DNA of 51,530 nt from Bacteroidales bacterium (GCA_017964465.1 JAGCRY010000100.1:1-51530), one strand, 5' to 3'; shown: positions 19,582 through 28,846, numbered from the stretch's first letter. Numbers and translations: made by a program. The notes: generated by a model from the letters alone, not told the origin.

Positions 19582-20532
19582 CTATTCATTATAAACGCCC
19601 ATCTGACAGAACTTTTCGATGCGCTGAGAAACAAGCGTATCGATGGGAATCTGCTTCAATTCCGCTATGCTATCAACGATGGTCTTCTTGATGATTTGGT
19701 ACATCTCGGTCGGATTTGTGTGCGCACCGCCGACAGGTTCGGGAATGATGCCATCAATCAACTTGTTGGCATACATATCCTTAGCGGTAAGTTTGAGGGC
19801 TGCTGCGGCTTCACGCTTGAAGTCCCAACTACGCCACAAAATACTCGAACAGCTTTCGGGCGCAATGACTGAATACCACGTATTTTCAAGCATATAGACC
19901 TTGTCGCCAACGCCAATGCCAATAGCACCGCCGGACGCGCCCTCGCCTATCACAATGCAAATGATGGGAGTCTTGATGCGGAACATTTCATAAATGTTGC
20001 GGGCAATCGCCTCAGCCTGTCCGCGCTCCTCCGCCTCGCTGCCCGGATATGCGCCAGGGGTGTCAATGAGCGTGACGATTGGTTTTTGGAATTTTTCAGC
20101 CATGCGCATCAGTCTCAAAGCCTTGCGGTAGCCTTCGGGATTTGCCATGCCGAAATTGCGGTACTGGCGGAGTTTTGTATTCTCACCCTTCTGCTGACCT
20201 ACAAACATGATAGACTGATCTCCAATCATGCCCCAGCCGCCCACCATCGCGGTGTCATCCTTGATGTTGCGGTCGCCGTGGAGTTCGATGAAGTCATCGC
20301 AAATGTTCCGTATGTAGCCCAATGTATATGGACGCTCGGGATGCCTCGACACTTGAACACGCTGCCACGGCGTGAGGTTGTCGTAAATATCTTTGCGAGT
20401 GCTTAAAATCTTAGCTTTTAGGTCGTTGATGGTCTGTTCAACATCAACGCTCCCCGCCTTCTGTATTTCTTCCGCCTTTACAAGCTGATCTTCAAGTTCC
20501 TGTATTGGCTGTTCAAATTCAAGTAGTTGCAT
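19582..20532 (-). CDS. accA: Acetyl-CoA carboxylase carboxyltransferase subunit alpha
   Basis: [40 protein letters not shown] and GEGASGGA motifs. Confidence 0.95.
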   Translation of the reverse strand: MQLLEFEQPIQELEDQLVKAEEIQKAGSVDVEQTINDLKAKILSTRKDIYDNLTPWQRVQVSRHPERPYTLGYIRNICDDFIELHGDRNIKDDTAMVGGWGMIGDQSIMFVGQQKGENTKLRQYRNFGMANPEGYRKALRLMRMAEKFQKPIVTLIDTPGAYPGSEAEERGQAEAIARNIYEMFRIKTPIICIVIGEGASGGAIGIGVGDKVYMLENTWYSVIAPESCSSILWRSWDFKREAAAALKLTAKDMYANKLIDGIIPEPVGGAHTNPTEMYQIIKKTIVDSIAELKQIPIDTLVSQRIEKFCQMGVYNE

Positions 20533-20581
20533 GAGATTTCAATATTATTTAGGCGTAAAGAACGCCAAGTTTTTGTTGGTG

Positions 20582-20589
20582 CAAAGGTA
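20582..20589 (-). promoter_or_regulatory. -7 box TACCTTTG upstream of accA
   Basis: The minus-strand TACCTTTG lies about 50 nt upstream of the accA ATG. Confidence 0.45.
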
Positions 20590-20935
20590 ATAAAAAACCT
20601 TGACAATGGCGAAATTTTATTATCTTCTGCGCTCATTTTTTTTCTTACTTGTCAAGCTGTTTCCTGCTTGAGCTGAAATTTTGATCAAAACATCACTTCC
20701 AAAATCCATCGAAAATTTTTCATAATGAATCGTGTTATTGTGTATTTAATGTTATAGATTTCTAACATTGCGAGTGATTCTCGGCTTTTCTTTTTTATTG
20801 ATTCGTCATAACAATGACATACCCACCATCAACTGATATTCGAGACCAGAAAAAAGTCTCTTGCCTTTGAGCGGAAAATGTTTCATGTGTTTCTTTTAAA
20901 AAATGATTATTTTTTGATTTTGATATTGGATGTAT

Positions 20936-21511
20936 TTATTTCCTTTGATTGAGCCACGCCTCCCCTACTTCACACAACTGCCTATAAAAGTCTTCACCAA
21001 AAACCTCTGTGATAGGCACTTCGAGGAACTTGTAGCATGGAACACCCTGTCTTTCTCCCTTTATGAGGGCGCAGTCGCAGATATGCCAACGGTCAAACTT
21101 GATTGTCTTATAAGGTCCAGCCTTGCCAACACGGATTGGATAGAGAAAACACGAAGCTGGTTTGCGCCATGGAATTTTACCATCCAAAAATGCACATTCG
21201 TATGCACATTTCAGTATGCCGTCCCTGCGCGTAACGTATGCACACTCACGGTTTGGTGCAAGCGGCGTATCGAGGTCGCCAGCATCGTCCACAATACCAA
21301 ATCCCTGTTCCTCAATGGCTTTTCGGTTTTCTTCCGAAAGATATGGCTTCACTTTCGGATAATATTTTTCGAGGAGGTCGAGTTCCTTTGCCTCCAGCGG
21401 CGCACCAAGGTCGCCCTCTATACAGCAACGGCCTTTGCATACTCGCAAATCGCAGACAAAATTCTGCAAAAAGATGTCTTCGTCAATAAGGACGTCATTG
21501 ATAATCAACAT
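20936..21511 (-). CDS. DUF3109 family Cys-rich protein
   Basis: The N-terminus FVCDLRVCKGRCCIEGDLGAPL and further conserved Cys residues (ECAY, KCAYECAF, HICDCA) match my recollection of DUF3109. Confidence 0.65.
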   Translation of the reverse strand: MLIINDVLIDEDIFLQNFVCDLRVCKGRCCIEGDLGAPLEAKELDLLEKYYPKVKPYLSEENRKAIEEQGFGIVDDAGDLDTPLAPNRECAYVTRRDGILKCAYECAFLDGKIPWRKPASCFLYPIRVGKAGPYKTIKFDRWHICDCALIKGERQGVPCYKFLEVPITEVFGEDFYRQLCEVGEAWLNQRK

Positions 21512-21536
21512 GTCTATACCAAAAGTTTAGGGTTTT

Positions 21537-21600
21537 AAAAAAAACGATTTGTGGACACCTCGCTGTCAAAACGCGACGCTGTTCACAAACCGTTTTTTTA
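21537..21600 (-). terminator. Long hairpin flanked by A- and T-runs (terminator of rnc, potentially bidirectional)
   Basis: Arms AACGATTTGTGGACA (21543-21557) and TGTTCACAAACCGTT (21580-21594) pair at 13 of 15 positions. On the minus strand the stem is followed by TTTTTT. Confidence 0.6.
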
Positions 21601-21636
21601 ATTTAAGGTTTTGAAATAAGAAAGAACGCCAAATCT

Positions 21637-22377
21637 TCAACATTCTTCCTGGAGAGCCCCAATCTTTTCCAAACACATTTTGGAAGCGAGCTGTTCAGCT
21701 TCTTTCTTGGAGACTCCCACACCCGACCCCATTTCCTTTCCGTCGATTGTTACCATCGAGAGGAAATAGCGGCTGCCCGGGGCGTCAAGTGAGGTATTGA
21801 AAATTACAGAGTATCTGTTTTTTTGTCCCCACTCTATCATCTGCGACTTGTAGTTGTGGTTATGATGTTCTATCTCCACAACATCAAGGTAGTTGGGCAG
21901 GATGTTTGAATAAATAAACTTGCCCGCCACATCGAACCCCCTGTCGAGATACAATGCGCCGAGGAACGCTTCGAATGCGTCACCATACAGGTGGACTCCC
22001 TTGACATTTGCACTGACATTGGTCTTGACGAGCCTGTCGAGACCAATGTGTTTAGTGATCTCCGTGAGTTTTTCTCCATTGACGATTCGCGACCGACACT
22101 GCGTCAAGTATCCCTCCTGTTTGTCAGGAAACTTTTTGTAGAGGTACTCGCCGATGAGGAGGTCGAGCACCGAATCGCCAAGGAATTCGAGCCTCTCGTT
22201 GTTAATCAAGAAACCACCTTTAGCCTTCAATGATTTGGAACGGTGTATGAGAGCGGTCTTGTAGTACTCCAAATGGTTTGGGTAGTAGCCCGTAATCTTC
22301 CTGATAGAATTGGAAAATTTTTTGTCGAGCCTGAAAACGTGTCTAAAAAACGCCACTAAACCGGTAAACACCTTCAT
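21637..22377 (-). CDS. rnc: Ribonuclease III
   Basis: NERLEFLGDSVLD signature and a C-terminal dsRBD (SKKEAEQLAS). It lies downstream of fabF as in many bacteria. Confidence 0.9.
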   Translation of the reverse strand: MKVFTGLVAFFRHVFRLDKKFSNSIRKITGYYPNHLEYYKTALIHRSKSLKAKGGFLINNERLEFLGDSVLDLLIGEYLYKKFPDKQEGYLTQCRSRIVNGEKLTEITKHIGLDRLVKTNVSANVKGVHLYGDAFEAFLGALYLDRGFDVAGKFIYSNILPNYLDVVEIEHHNHNYKSQMIEWGQKNRYSVIFNTSLDAPGSRYFLSMVTIDGKEMGSGVGVSKKEAEQLASKMCLEKIGALQEEC

Positions 22378-22395
22378 TAAAAGTTTTTTAAGGGC

Positions 22396-23643
22396 TTACA
22401 ACATCTTGAACACTACGGAAGCATTGTGTCCACCGAAACCGAACGTGTTGTTGAGCGCGGCACGGATGCTGCGTTTCTTAGCCACGTTAGGCGTGATGTC
22501 GAGTTTCGGGTCAATATCCGGGTCAGGTGTCTCGAAGTTGATGGTCGGAGGCACGGTGCCATTTACCATCGCAAGCACACATGCAATCGACTCTATCGCT
22601 CCGGCACCGCCGAGGAGGTGTCCCGTCATACTCTTGGTGCTGCTAATGCTGAGGTTGTAAGCGTGTTCGCCAAATACTTGCTTAATCGCCAAAGCCTCCG
22701 CCTTGTCGCCCAAGCCGGTGGAAGTACCATGTACATTGATGTAGTCGATGTCTTCCGGCTTGATGCAAGCGTCGTCGATAGCCATCTTCATCACCTGAGC
22801 CGCGCCCTTTCCTTCCGGATGCGGAGCTGTGATATGATGAGCGTCTGCAGAAGCGCCGCCACCGCCTACCTCACAGTAGATTTTGGCGCCACGAGCCTTG
22901 GCGTGTTCATATTCTTCCAGCACGAGGCATCCCGCACCTTCGCCGATTACAAAACCGTCGCGGGTCTTGTCGAATGGCCTTGAAGCGTGCTGAGGGTCGT
23001 CATTGCGCGTGGAAAGTGCCTTCATGGAGTTGAATCCAGCAAATGCAGCGATGCCTATCGGCGACTCAGATCCACCGGTAATCATCACATCAGACTTGCC
23101 GAGGCGAATCCAATTGAAGGCGTCGATGATTGCGTGGGTAGAGGAAGCGCAAGCGGACACCGTGGCGTAGTTGGGACCACGGAAGCCATATTTCATCGAA
23201 ATCTGACCTGCGGCAATATCGCTGATCATCTTGGGAATGAAGAAGGGGCTGAATTTTGGTGTGCCATCGCCTTTACCAAATTCAAGCACCTCGTCCGTCA
23301 TCACATTGATACCGCCGATGCCGCATCCCCAGATGACTCCGGCGCGTTCAAGATCGATCTGGTCTTCTGTGAGGCCAGAATTCTTGAAACCTTCGTCAGT
23401 GGAAATGAGCGCAAACTGCGTGAAAAGGTCGAGTTTTGAAATGGACTTCCTGTCGAAATAAGCCGCAGGGTCATAGTCCTTGACCTCACACGCAAACCTC
23501 GTCTTGAACTTTTCGCAATTAAAACGGGTAATTGGACCTGCGCCGCTTACCCCGTTTTTCAGGCTTTCCCAAAACTCGGCTATATTGTGGCCTAAGGGAT
23601 TGATGGATCCCATGCCGGTGACAACTACTCGTTTTAATTCCAT
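22396..23643 (-). CDS. fabF: Beta-ketoacyl-ACP synthase II
   Basis: Active-site ACASS, HGTSTGLGD and NSFGFGGHN-like (NTFGFGGHNA) motifs. Confidence 0.95.
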   Translation of the reverse strand: MELKRVVVTGMGSINPLGHNIAEFWESLKNGVSGAGPITRFNCEKFKTRFACEVKDYDPAAYFDRKSISKLDLFTQFALISTDEGFKNSGLTEDQIDLERAGVIWGCGIGGINVMTDEVLEFGKGDGTPKFSPFFIPKMISDIAAGQISMKYGFRGPNYATVSACASSTHAIIDAFNWIRLGKSDVMITGGSESPIGIAAFAGFNSMKALSTRNDDPQHASRPFDKTRDGFVIGEGAGCLVLEEYEHAKARGAKIYCEVGGGGASADAHHITAPHPEGKGAAQVMKMAIDDACIKPEDIDYINVHGTSTGLGDKAEALAIKQVFGEHAYNLSISSTKSMTGHLLGGAGAIESIACVLAMVNGTVPPTINFETPDPDIDPKLDITPNVAKKRSIRAALNNTFGFGGHNASVVFKML

Positions 23644-23692
23644 AAGTGTAGATGCTAAGTTTTGTGTAAAACGTTAGTCAAAATTGATTCGA

Positions 23693-23929
23693 TTACTTGG
23701 CATTCTGCTCGATGAAGGCGATAGCCTCGCCGACATTGGTAATCTTCTCAGCCTGGTCGTCGGGAATGGTTACGCCGAACTCCTTCTCGAACTGCATGAT
23801 GAGTTCAACAGTGTCGAGCGAATCAGCACCGAGATCGTTGGTGAAACTTGCCTGTTCAGTTACTTCGGCCTCATCAACGCCGAGTTTGTCAACGATGATT
23901 GCCTTTACCTTAGAAGAAATTTCTGACAT
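23693..23929 (-). CDS. acpP: Acyl carrier protein
   Basis: [14 protein letters not shown] phosphopantetheine attachment motif, 78 aa. Confidence 0.95.
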   Translation of the reverse strand: MSEISSKVKAIIVDKLGVDEAEVTEQASFTNDLGADSLDTVELIMQFEKEFGVTIPDDQAEKITNVGEAIAFIEQNAK

Positions 23930-24168
23930 AATTTATTGATTTTAATTTAATTATTAATATTATTTTCGTTTAACAACTATGTGTTTTTTCCGACCGCAAA
24001 GTAAATAATTTTCGACCAATCTACCAAATTTTTTTATAAATCATTGTATAACAAATCATTATTTTTTGACCTTTGATTTTAATAATTCGTTAACAGACAG
24101 CGACATTAATTGCTGTGCATTAGCCGAAAAAAGTTGCGATGGAAGGTGTTTTTTATGTTTTTTTCACA

Positions 24169-25020
24169 CTACGCCAGTGCCTTGATGTCGGCGATGACGT
24201 TCTTTGCGAGTGATGTTGCACCGAGACGGAAGTTGGTATTGTCGTAGTTGTCAGCACCAAAAATGTCCTCCATGATTGTGCAGTAAGCGAGAGCGTCCTG
24301 CGATGTACGGATACCACCGGCGGGCTTTATGCCCACACGCCTGCCCGTCACCTTATAATAATCACTCACAGCCAACGCCATAATCAGCGCAGCGCGTGGT
24401 GTTGCGGCAGGCTCACTCTTACCTGTTGAAGTTTTCACAAAGTCTGCACCAGCTTCCATGGCGATGATTGATGCGTCGTAGATGTCTGAGTCGTTTTTAT
24501 AGACGCCAGTCTCTAAAATCACTTTCATCTTGACATTCTTACAAGCAGAACGCATGGCTGACAATTCCTCAAGTGCAGCATCATAATCCTTTGCGATGAT
24601 GTCGCCAGCATTGATTACGACGTCTATTTCGTCCGCTCCAGTTTCAACTGCGAGTGCAACTTCGCGAACCTTTATCTCCCTGAAAGTCTGAGCATGAGGG
24701 AACGCACCGGCAACCGAAACGATATCAATGCCAGGGACTTTGAGGTTCTGTTTCACAACACTCACAAACTTTGGATAAACACAGATGCCAGCCACATTTG
24801 GAATGTCGGGATAGTTGGCGGAATGATTGTTGACAATATCCACGAGAGCCGACACCGACTTGACATTGTCAGCATTGCTGAGTGTTGTGAGGTCGATGCA
24901 CGAATGTATTTTTTTGAGTGTAGAAAGTGACGGAGCTACAGGATTGGCTTGATAGGATTTGAGTTTTCCATCCACAAAACCATCACCGTGGCTTTCTAAC
25001 GAATAATTTTTGTATGCCAT
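24169..25020 (-). CDS. deoC: Deoxyribose-phosphate aldolase (long type)
   Basis: Schiff-base lysine context FVKTSTGK and a C-terminal KPAGGIRT. Start chosen at MAYKNY (25020). The ORF-track start at 25095 would overlap pdxA by 26 nt but cannot be excluded. Confidence 0.85.
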   Translation of the reverse strand: MAYKNYSLESHGDGFVDGKLKSYQANPVAPSLSTLKKIHSCIDLTTLSNADNVKSVSALVDIVNNHSANYPDIPNVAGICVYPKFVSVVKQNLKVPGIDIVSVAGAFPHAQTFREIKVREVALAVETGADEIDVVINAGDIIAKDYDAALEELSAMRSACKNVKMKVILETGVYKNDSDIYDASIIAMEAGADFVKTSTGKSEPAATPRAALIMALAVSDYYKVTGRRVGIKPAGGIRTSQDALAYCTIMEDIFGADNYDNTNFRLGATSLAKNVIADIKALA

Positions 25021-25069
25021 AATATCATTGTTTTTTTGAAAGTCAGCCGGAAGATGACTTTTATTGATG

Positions 25070-26140
25070 TTAACAGATTTTTTTGTCAGCCTCATGCTCC
25101 GTCAGTTTCTTGAGCGGAGTGATTCCATCGAGGATTTTCTTGCTGTAAACGATGTCCACAGCCCTGTAGATGGCATTACGCATGGATGTATCGTCGGCGA
25201 CGCCCTTTCCTGCAATGTCATACGCCGGACCATGCAAGGGAGATGTGCAAATCACCGGCAGACCGCCTGTGTAACAAACACCCTTGTACCCTTCAATAAT
25301 TCTGAACGGCACTGCCGCCTGGTCGTATGTCATGGCAAGCACAGCATCAAATTTCGTGTAAGCCTCCGATGCAAAGAAACTGTCGGGGCTATACGGACCG
25401 AACACCGCAATCTCCTCCTCAGTCGCCTTGTCAATGGCAGGCATAATTCTGTCGGCTTCCTCCTGACCAAATGAGCCGTTGTCGCTGGCAAATGGATTCA
25501 AGCCAAGCACAGCAATACGCGGTTTCCTAATGGCAAAATCATCTTTCAAAGACTTGTTGAGTGTCTTTATCTTCCAGTAGATTTTATCCGAAGACAACAC
25601 GCTGAGGACATTTGCCGTAGGCATGGGACTCGTAACCGTGGCAATCCTTATCTTGTCTCCAAGCATCATCAACACAAAATTGCGGTAACTAAGGTCATGT
25701 GCTATGAACTCCGGCACGCCGGCAAACTTGAAACCAGCGTCCATCATGTTTGAAATGCTTACGGGAGCATTGATGAGAATGTCGAGCATATTATTCTTGA
25801 GGTCTGCCTCCGCCCTATGGATGGCGGCAAGGCTACATTCACCGGCCTGAATGGTATTACAACCGAGGTCAACGCGGGTGTTTTCATCGCAGACATTGAT
25901 GATGTTGATTGCATTTGGTACAATGTCCTCGATACTGTTGGCGTTGTTGACAACCATGTTGGCAAGATTGACCTGTTTGCGGTGGAAGGCGGCAATCTTA
26001 GACGAACCATATATTACAAAGGTGCAGTCTTCATATATTGCAGGATCCGACAACGCCTTGAATATTACTTCATAACCAATTCCGTTGATGTCACCATGAG
26101 TGATACCAACCACATATTTATTGTTAGATTTTTTTTCCAT
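25070..26140 (-). CDS. pdxA: 4-hydroxythreonine-4-phosphate dehydrogenase
   Basis: GDINGIGYEV N-terminal motif, RIAVLGLNPF, and SPLHGPAYDIAGKGVAD metal/substrate motif. Confidence 0.9.
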   Translation of the reverse strand: MEKKSNNKYVVGITHGDINGIGYEVIFKALSDPAIYEDCTFVIYGSSKIAAFHRKQVNLANMVVNNANSIEDIVPNAINIINVCDENTRVDLGCNTIQAGECSLAAIHRAEADLKNNMLDILINAPVSISNMMDAGFKFAGVPEFIAHDLSYRNFVLMMLGDKIRIATVTSPMPTANVLSVLSSDKIYWKIKTLNKSLKDDFAIRKPRIAVLGLNPFASDNGSFGQEEADRIMPAIDKATEEEIAVFGPYSPDSFFASEAYTKFDAVLAMTYDQAAVPFRIIEGYKGVCYTGGLPVICTSPLHGPAYDIAGKGVADDTSMRNAIYRAVDIVYSKKILDGITPLKKLTEHEADKKIC

Positions 26141-26158
26141 TATAATCGAGTTTCAATT

Positions 26159-26965
26159 TTATTCCATAGGATTGACGCACATGACGGGGATTTTGGCTTC
26201 ATTGGCGATAATCTGCTGCTCAGCTGCTCCGAGTACATAATCTTGGAAACGTATGTTCTTGGTAGTCATGATGATAATCAGCCCCGAGCCTATCGACTGT
26301 GCGAAACTAATGGTCTCGTTAGCAAGTCCGTCCTTACCGTCGAGACGTTGGAGTTCATAGTTTATCTGATTTGTTTCCAGATACTTGATGGCGGCGGAGA
26401 TATTGCTCTGTGTACGCTTGCGGATTTGTAGGTCGCTGTTTTCGATGTAGCAAAGATAGAACTTACATTTAAACGTCTTCGCAATAAACTGAACCCACAC
26501 AAGTTTCTGCCGCTCCTCCAGTTTGAAATCAAGTGGCAATACCACTTTACGGATGTCGGTGTCCAAAGGCTTGTCCTGGACAACAACAAACGGGGCTTTG
26601 CTCCCCGTAATAACTTTCAAAGCCCAACTGCCGGTGAACTTCTGAAGGCCTTTGAGACCATGAGTGCCCATCACGGCGAGTTTGGCGTCACATTCTTCTA
26701 TGACATGCTTTATTTCTGTGAAAATATTGCCTGTGCGCACGACCACGCCCGGACGTATGCCATACTTTCGCATAACATCCTCGGCAATTAGATTGAGGCG
26801 TTCGACATTAAGAGCATTATCAGTCTCATCCTTGGTGATATGCACCAGGATGACACCCCTGTCCAACGCCAGGGCGAATTCTATGGCATGCAGCAGGGCG
26901 TATTCGGCTTTTGGAGAATAGTCCCACGGCACTACAATCGGTCTATTGTCAAGAATTTCGTCCAT
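26159..26965 (-). CDS. Tandem-domain universal stress protein (UspA family)
   Basis: Two USP-like halves (IVVPWDYSP...LAVMGTHG and VVLPLDF...IIIMTTK...PVMCV). Start set at MDEILD (26965) because 26989 falls inside the upstream hairpin repeat. Confidence 0.8.
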   Translation of the reverse strand: MDEILDNRPIVVPWDYSPKAEYALLHAIEFALALDRGVILVHITKDETDNALNVERLNLIAEDVMRKYGIRPGVVVRTGNIFTEIKHVIEECDAKLAVMGTHGLKGLQKFTGSWALKVITGSKAPFVVVQDKPLDTDIRKVVLPLDFKLEERQKLVWVQFIAKTFKCKFYLCYIENSDLQIRKRTQSNISAAIKYLETNQINYELQRLDGKDGLANETISFAQSIGSGLIIIMTTKNIRFQDYVLGAAEQQIIANEAKIPVMCVNPME

Positions 26966-26983
26966 CAGTGATAATAAGCATAA

Positions 26984-27050
26984 ATGCATAATGCATAATC
27001 ACAGCATCCGCCGAATGGCAAGCATGCATTATGAATTATGCATTATGCAT
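26984..27050 (-). repeat. Hairpin repeat (perfect 16-bp inverted repeat ATGCATAATGCATAAT around a 35-nt imperfectly paired core), placed as terminator of the TonB-like gene
   Basis: 26984-26999 is the exact reverse complement of 27035-27050. The element contains, on the minus strand, the 20-mer CATAATGCATAATTCATAAT, which is also found at 38362-38381. Confidence 0.5.
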
Positions 27051-27060
27051 TAAATGAATT

Positions 27061-27753
27061 TTAGTTTTGGAGCGCAAATTTGATCGGCACAGAGTGGCTA
27101 ACCTTCACAGCCTTACCACGCTGTTTGCCAGGCTTCCATTTCGGGAGCGACTCTACCACGCGCTTAGCTTCCTTGTCGAGCAACGGGTCAACGCCACGGA
27201 GAATCTCAACGTTCTTCACAGAACCATCGGTATCAACCACGAAGCGTACATATACCGTACCCTGGATATCGTTTTCCTTTGCCATTTCGGGGTAGCGCAC
27301 ATTCTCGGCGATGTACTTGCGAAGCGCAAGCTCACCACCCGGGAATTCGGGCATGTCCTCCACGATGAAGAACACCTGAGGTTCTTCTACAACTTCCTCT
27401 TCCTGTGCTACCTCAACAACTTCCTGGATCTCGACAGTAGTGTTTTCGTCGGCCTCAGTACTCATGAAGTCATCATTAACCTCAACCTTGTCGTCCACAA
27501 TCTCGATAATGTCTGCCACAGTCTGCTGCGGAGGAGGAGGAGGAGGAAGCTCCAATTGTTCCTGGCGGGTTACGGGTGCGAGTTCTTCCTCGTCAGCGAC
27601 GATTTCGAGCGGACCGAAGTCCTCAGCCCTCTCCACGGTCGAACTCCATTCGAACACGCCCCACATGATCAGGAGCGTAACGACAAGACCTATCTCGAGC
27701 AGATAACCTCTCTTGTTCTCGAGGTCGGCCTTTTCAGTTTTTTTCTGTTCCAT
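27061..27753 (-). CDS. TonB-like energy-transducer protein (paralog 1)
   Basis: N-terminal ADLENKRGYLLEIGL anchor, proline tract PPPPPPQQ, and a C-terminal TonB domain (MPEFPGGE...YPEMAKENDIQGTVYVRFVVDTDGSV). Start set at MEQKK by alignment with paralog 2. Confidence 0.8.
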   Translation of the reverse strand: MEQKKTEKADLENKRGYLLEIGLVVTLLIMWGVFEWSSTVERAEDFGPLEIVADEEELAPVTRQEQLELPPPPPPQQTVADIIEIVDDKVEVNDDFMSTEADENTTVEIQEVVEVAQEEEVVEEPQVFFIVEDMPEFPGGELALRKYIAENVRYPEMAKENDIQGTVYVRFVVDTDGSVKNVEILRGVDPLLDKEAKRVVESLPKWKPGKQRGKAVKVSHSVPIKFALQN

Positions 27754-27820
27754 TTTATCTTTTCGTTTTTTAAGTTTAGTAATAACGTTGACTATAATAG
27801 TGCGTCGTATTTCCAAACTG

Positions 27821-27828
27821 CAAAATTA
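27821..27828 (-). promoter_or_regulatory. -7 box TAATTTTG upstream of TonB-like paralog 1
   Basis: The minus-strand TAATTTTG lies about 68 nt upstream of the corrected ATG (27753), in the 131-nt gap between the paralogs. Confidence 0.35.
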
Positions 27829-27884
27829 ACATCTTTAATCGTGCTATGAAAATTTTGACGCATTTTTTTTCAATTTTTTTTTCT

Positions 27885-28577
27885 TTACTTTTGAAGTGCG
27901 AACTTAATCGGCACAGAGTGTCTGACTTTCACTGCCTTACCACCTTGTCTGCCAGGTTCCCACTTTGGGAGCGACTCCACGACACGTATTGCCTCCTTGT
28001 CGAGCAACGGGTCAACGCCTCGGAGAATCTCAACATCGGTTACAGAGCCGTCAGTGTCAACAATGAAGCGCACATAGACAGTACCTTGGATGTCATTATC
28101 CTTAGCCATTTCGGGATAGCGCACATTCGAAGCGATGTACTTGCGGAGAGAGAGTTCTCCTCCCGGGTAATATGGCGGGAACTCACAAATGGTGAACACC
28201 TGCGGTTCCTCAATCACTTCCTCAGGCTGTTCGATGTCCTGAATTACCGGCATTTCGATTGCACTGTTTTCGTCAATCTCCGTGCTCAAAAAGTCCATAT
28301 CGACCTCCACCTTGTTGTCCACAACCTCAATGATGTCCGTCACAGTCTGTTGCGGCGGGGGCGGCGGCGGAAGTTGTGGTTCTTCCGGTCGGGTTATGGG
28401 GGCAAGTTCCTCATCGTCGCCACTCAATGTCAAAGGTCCGAAATCTTCGGCTCGCTCCACAGTTGACGACCAAGCGAATACGCCCCACATAATCAGGAGC
28501 GCCACTGCGAGTCCAATCTCAAACAAATACCCCCTTTTGTTCTCGAGGTTGGCTCTGTCATTCTTCTTCGGTTCCAT
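27885..28577 (-). CDS. TonB-like energy-transducer protein (paralog 2)
   Basis: It has the same architecture as 27061..27753. By eye roughly three quarters or more of residues are identical, including PPPPPPQQTV and the whole C-terminal domain. Confidence 0.8.
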   Translation of the reverse strand: MEPKKNDRANLENKRGYLFEIGLAVALLIMWGVFAWSSTVERAEDFGPLTLSGDDEELAPITRPEEPQLPPPPPPQQTVTDIIEVVDNKVEVDMDFLSTEIDENSAIEMPVIQDIEQPEEVIEEPQVFTICEFPPYYPGGELSLRKYIASNVRYPEMAKDNDIQGTVYVRFIVDTDGSVTDVEILRGVDPLLDKEAIRVVESLPKWEPGRQGGKAVKVRHSVPIKFALQK

Positions 28578-28624
28578 TTTGTCTTTTCGTTTAAGGGTTA
28601 GTAATTATTTTGACTATCAAATAG

Positions 28625-28846
28625 TTATCGCGACACTTCCGGTGGATGCACCACAGACGTTGAATCGACATCGGCTGCGCTTCTTACATTTAGACCCGTC
28701 ACTTTTACTGTGAAGGTATCAGTGTAGGGTCTTGTCTGCTTGTAGTTGACAACCAAAACCGCTATCAAAAGCGCAATTGCAAGTCCTAACTGAAAGAAAA
28801 TGCTGCGCTTGTCTTCTAAATCTGCATTTTGTGTTTTTCGTTTCAT
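28625..28846 (-). CDS. TonB-anchor-only small membrane protein (truncated third paralog or dedicated anchor)
   Basis: MKRKTQNADLEDKRSIFFQLGLAIALLIAVLVV mirrors the N-termini of the two TonB-like proteins, but the ORF ends after 73 aa without a Pro tract or C-terminal domain. Its start overlaps the M56 gene stop as ATGA. Confidence 0.45.
   Translation of the reverse strand: MKRKTQNADLEDKRSIFFQLGLAIALLIAVLVVNYKQTRPYTDTFTVKVTGLNVRSAADVDSTSVVHPPEVSR

Noticed and set aside
20930-21538. A 202-aa plus-strand ORF
   Set aside because: It is the mirror frame of the Cys-rich DUF3109 gene. The minus-strand product has the conserved CxxxCxxRCC pattern, and the plus-strand one has none.
27067-28466. Two plus-strand ORFs of 260 aa and 206 aa that resemble each other
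   Set aside because: They are the antisense frames of the two duplicated TonB-like genes, so their mutual similarity just reflects the duplication. They contain RRRRRKL low complexity opposite the proline tract.
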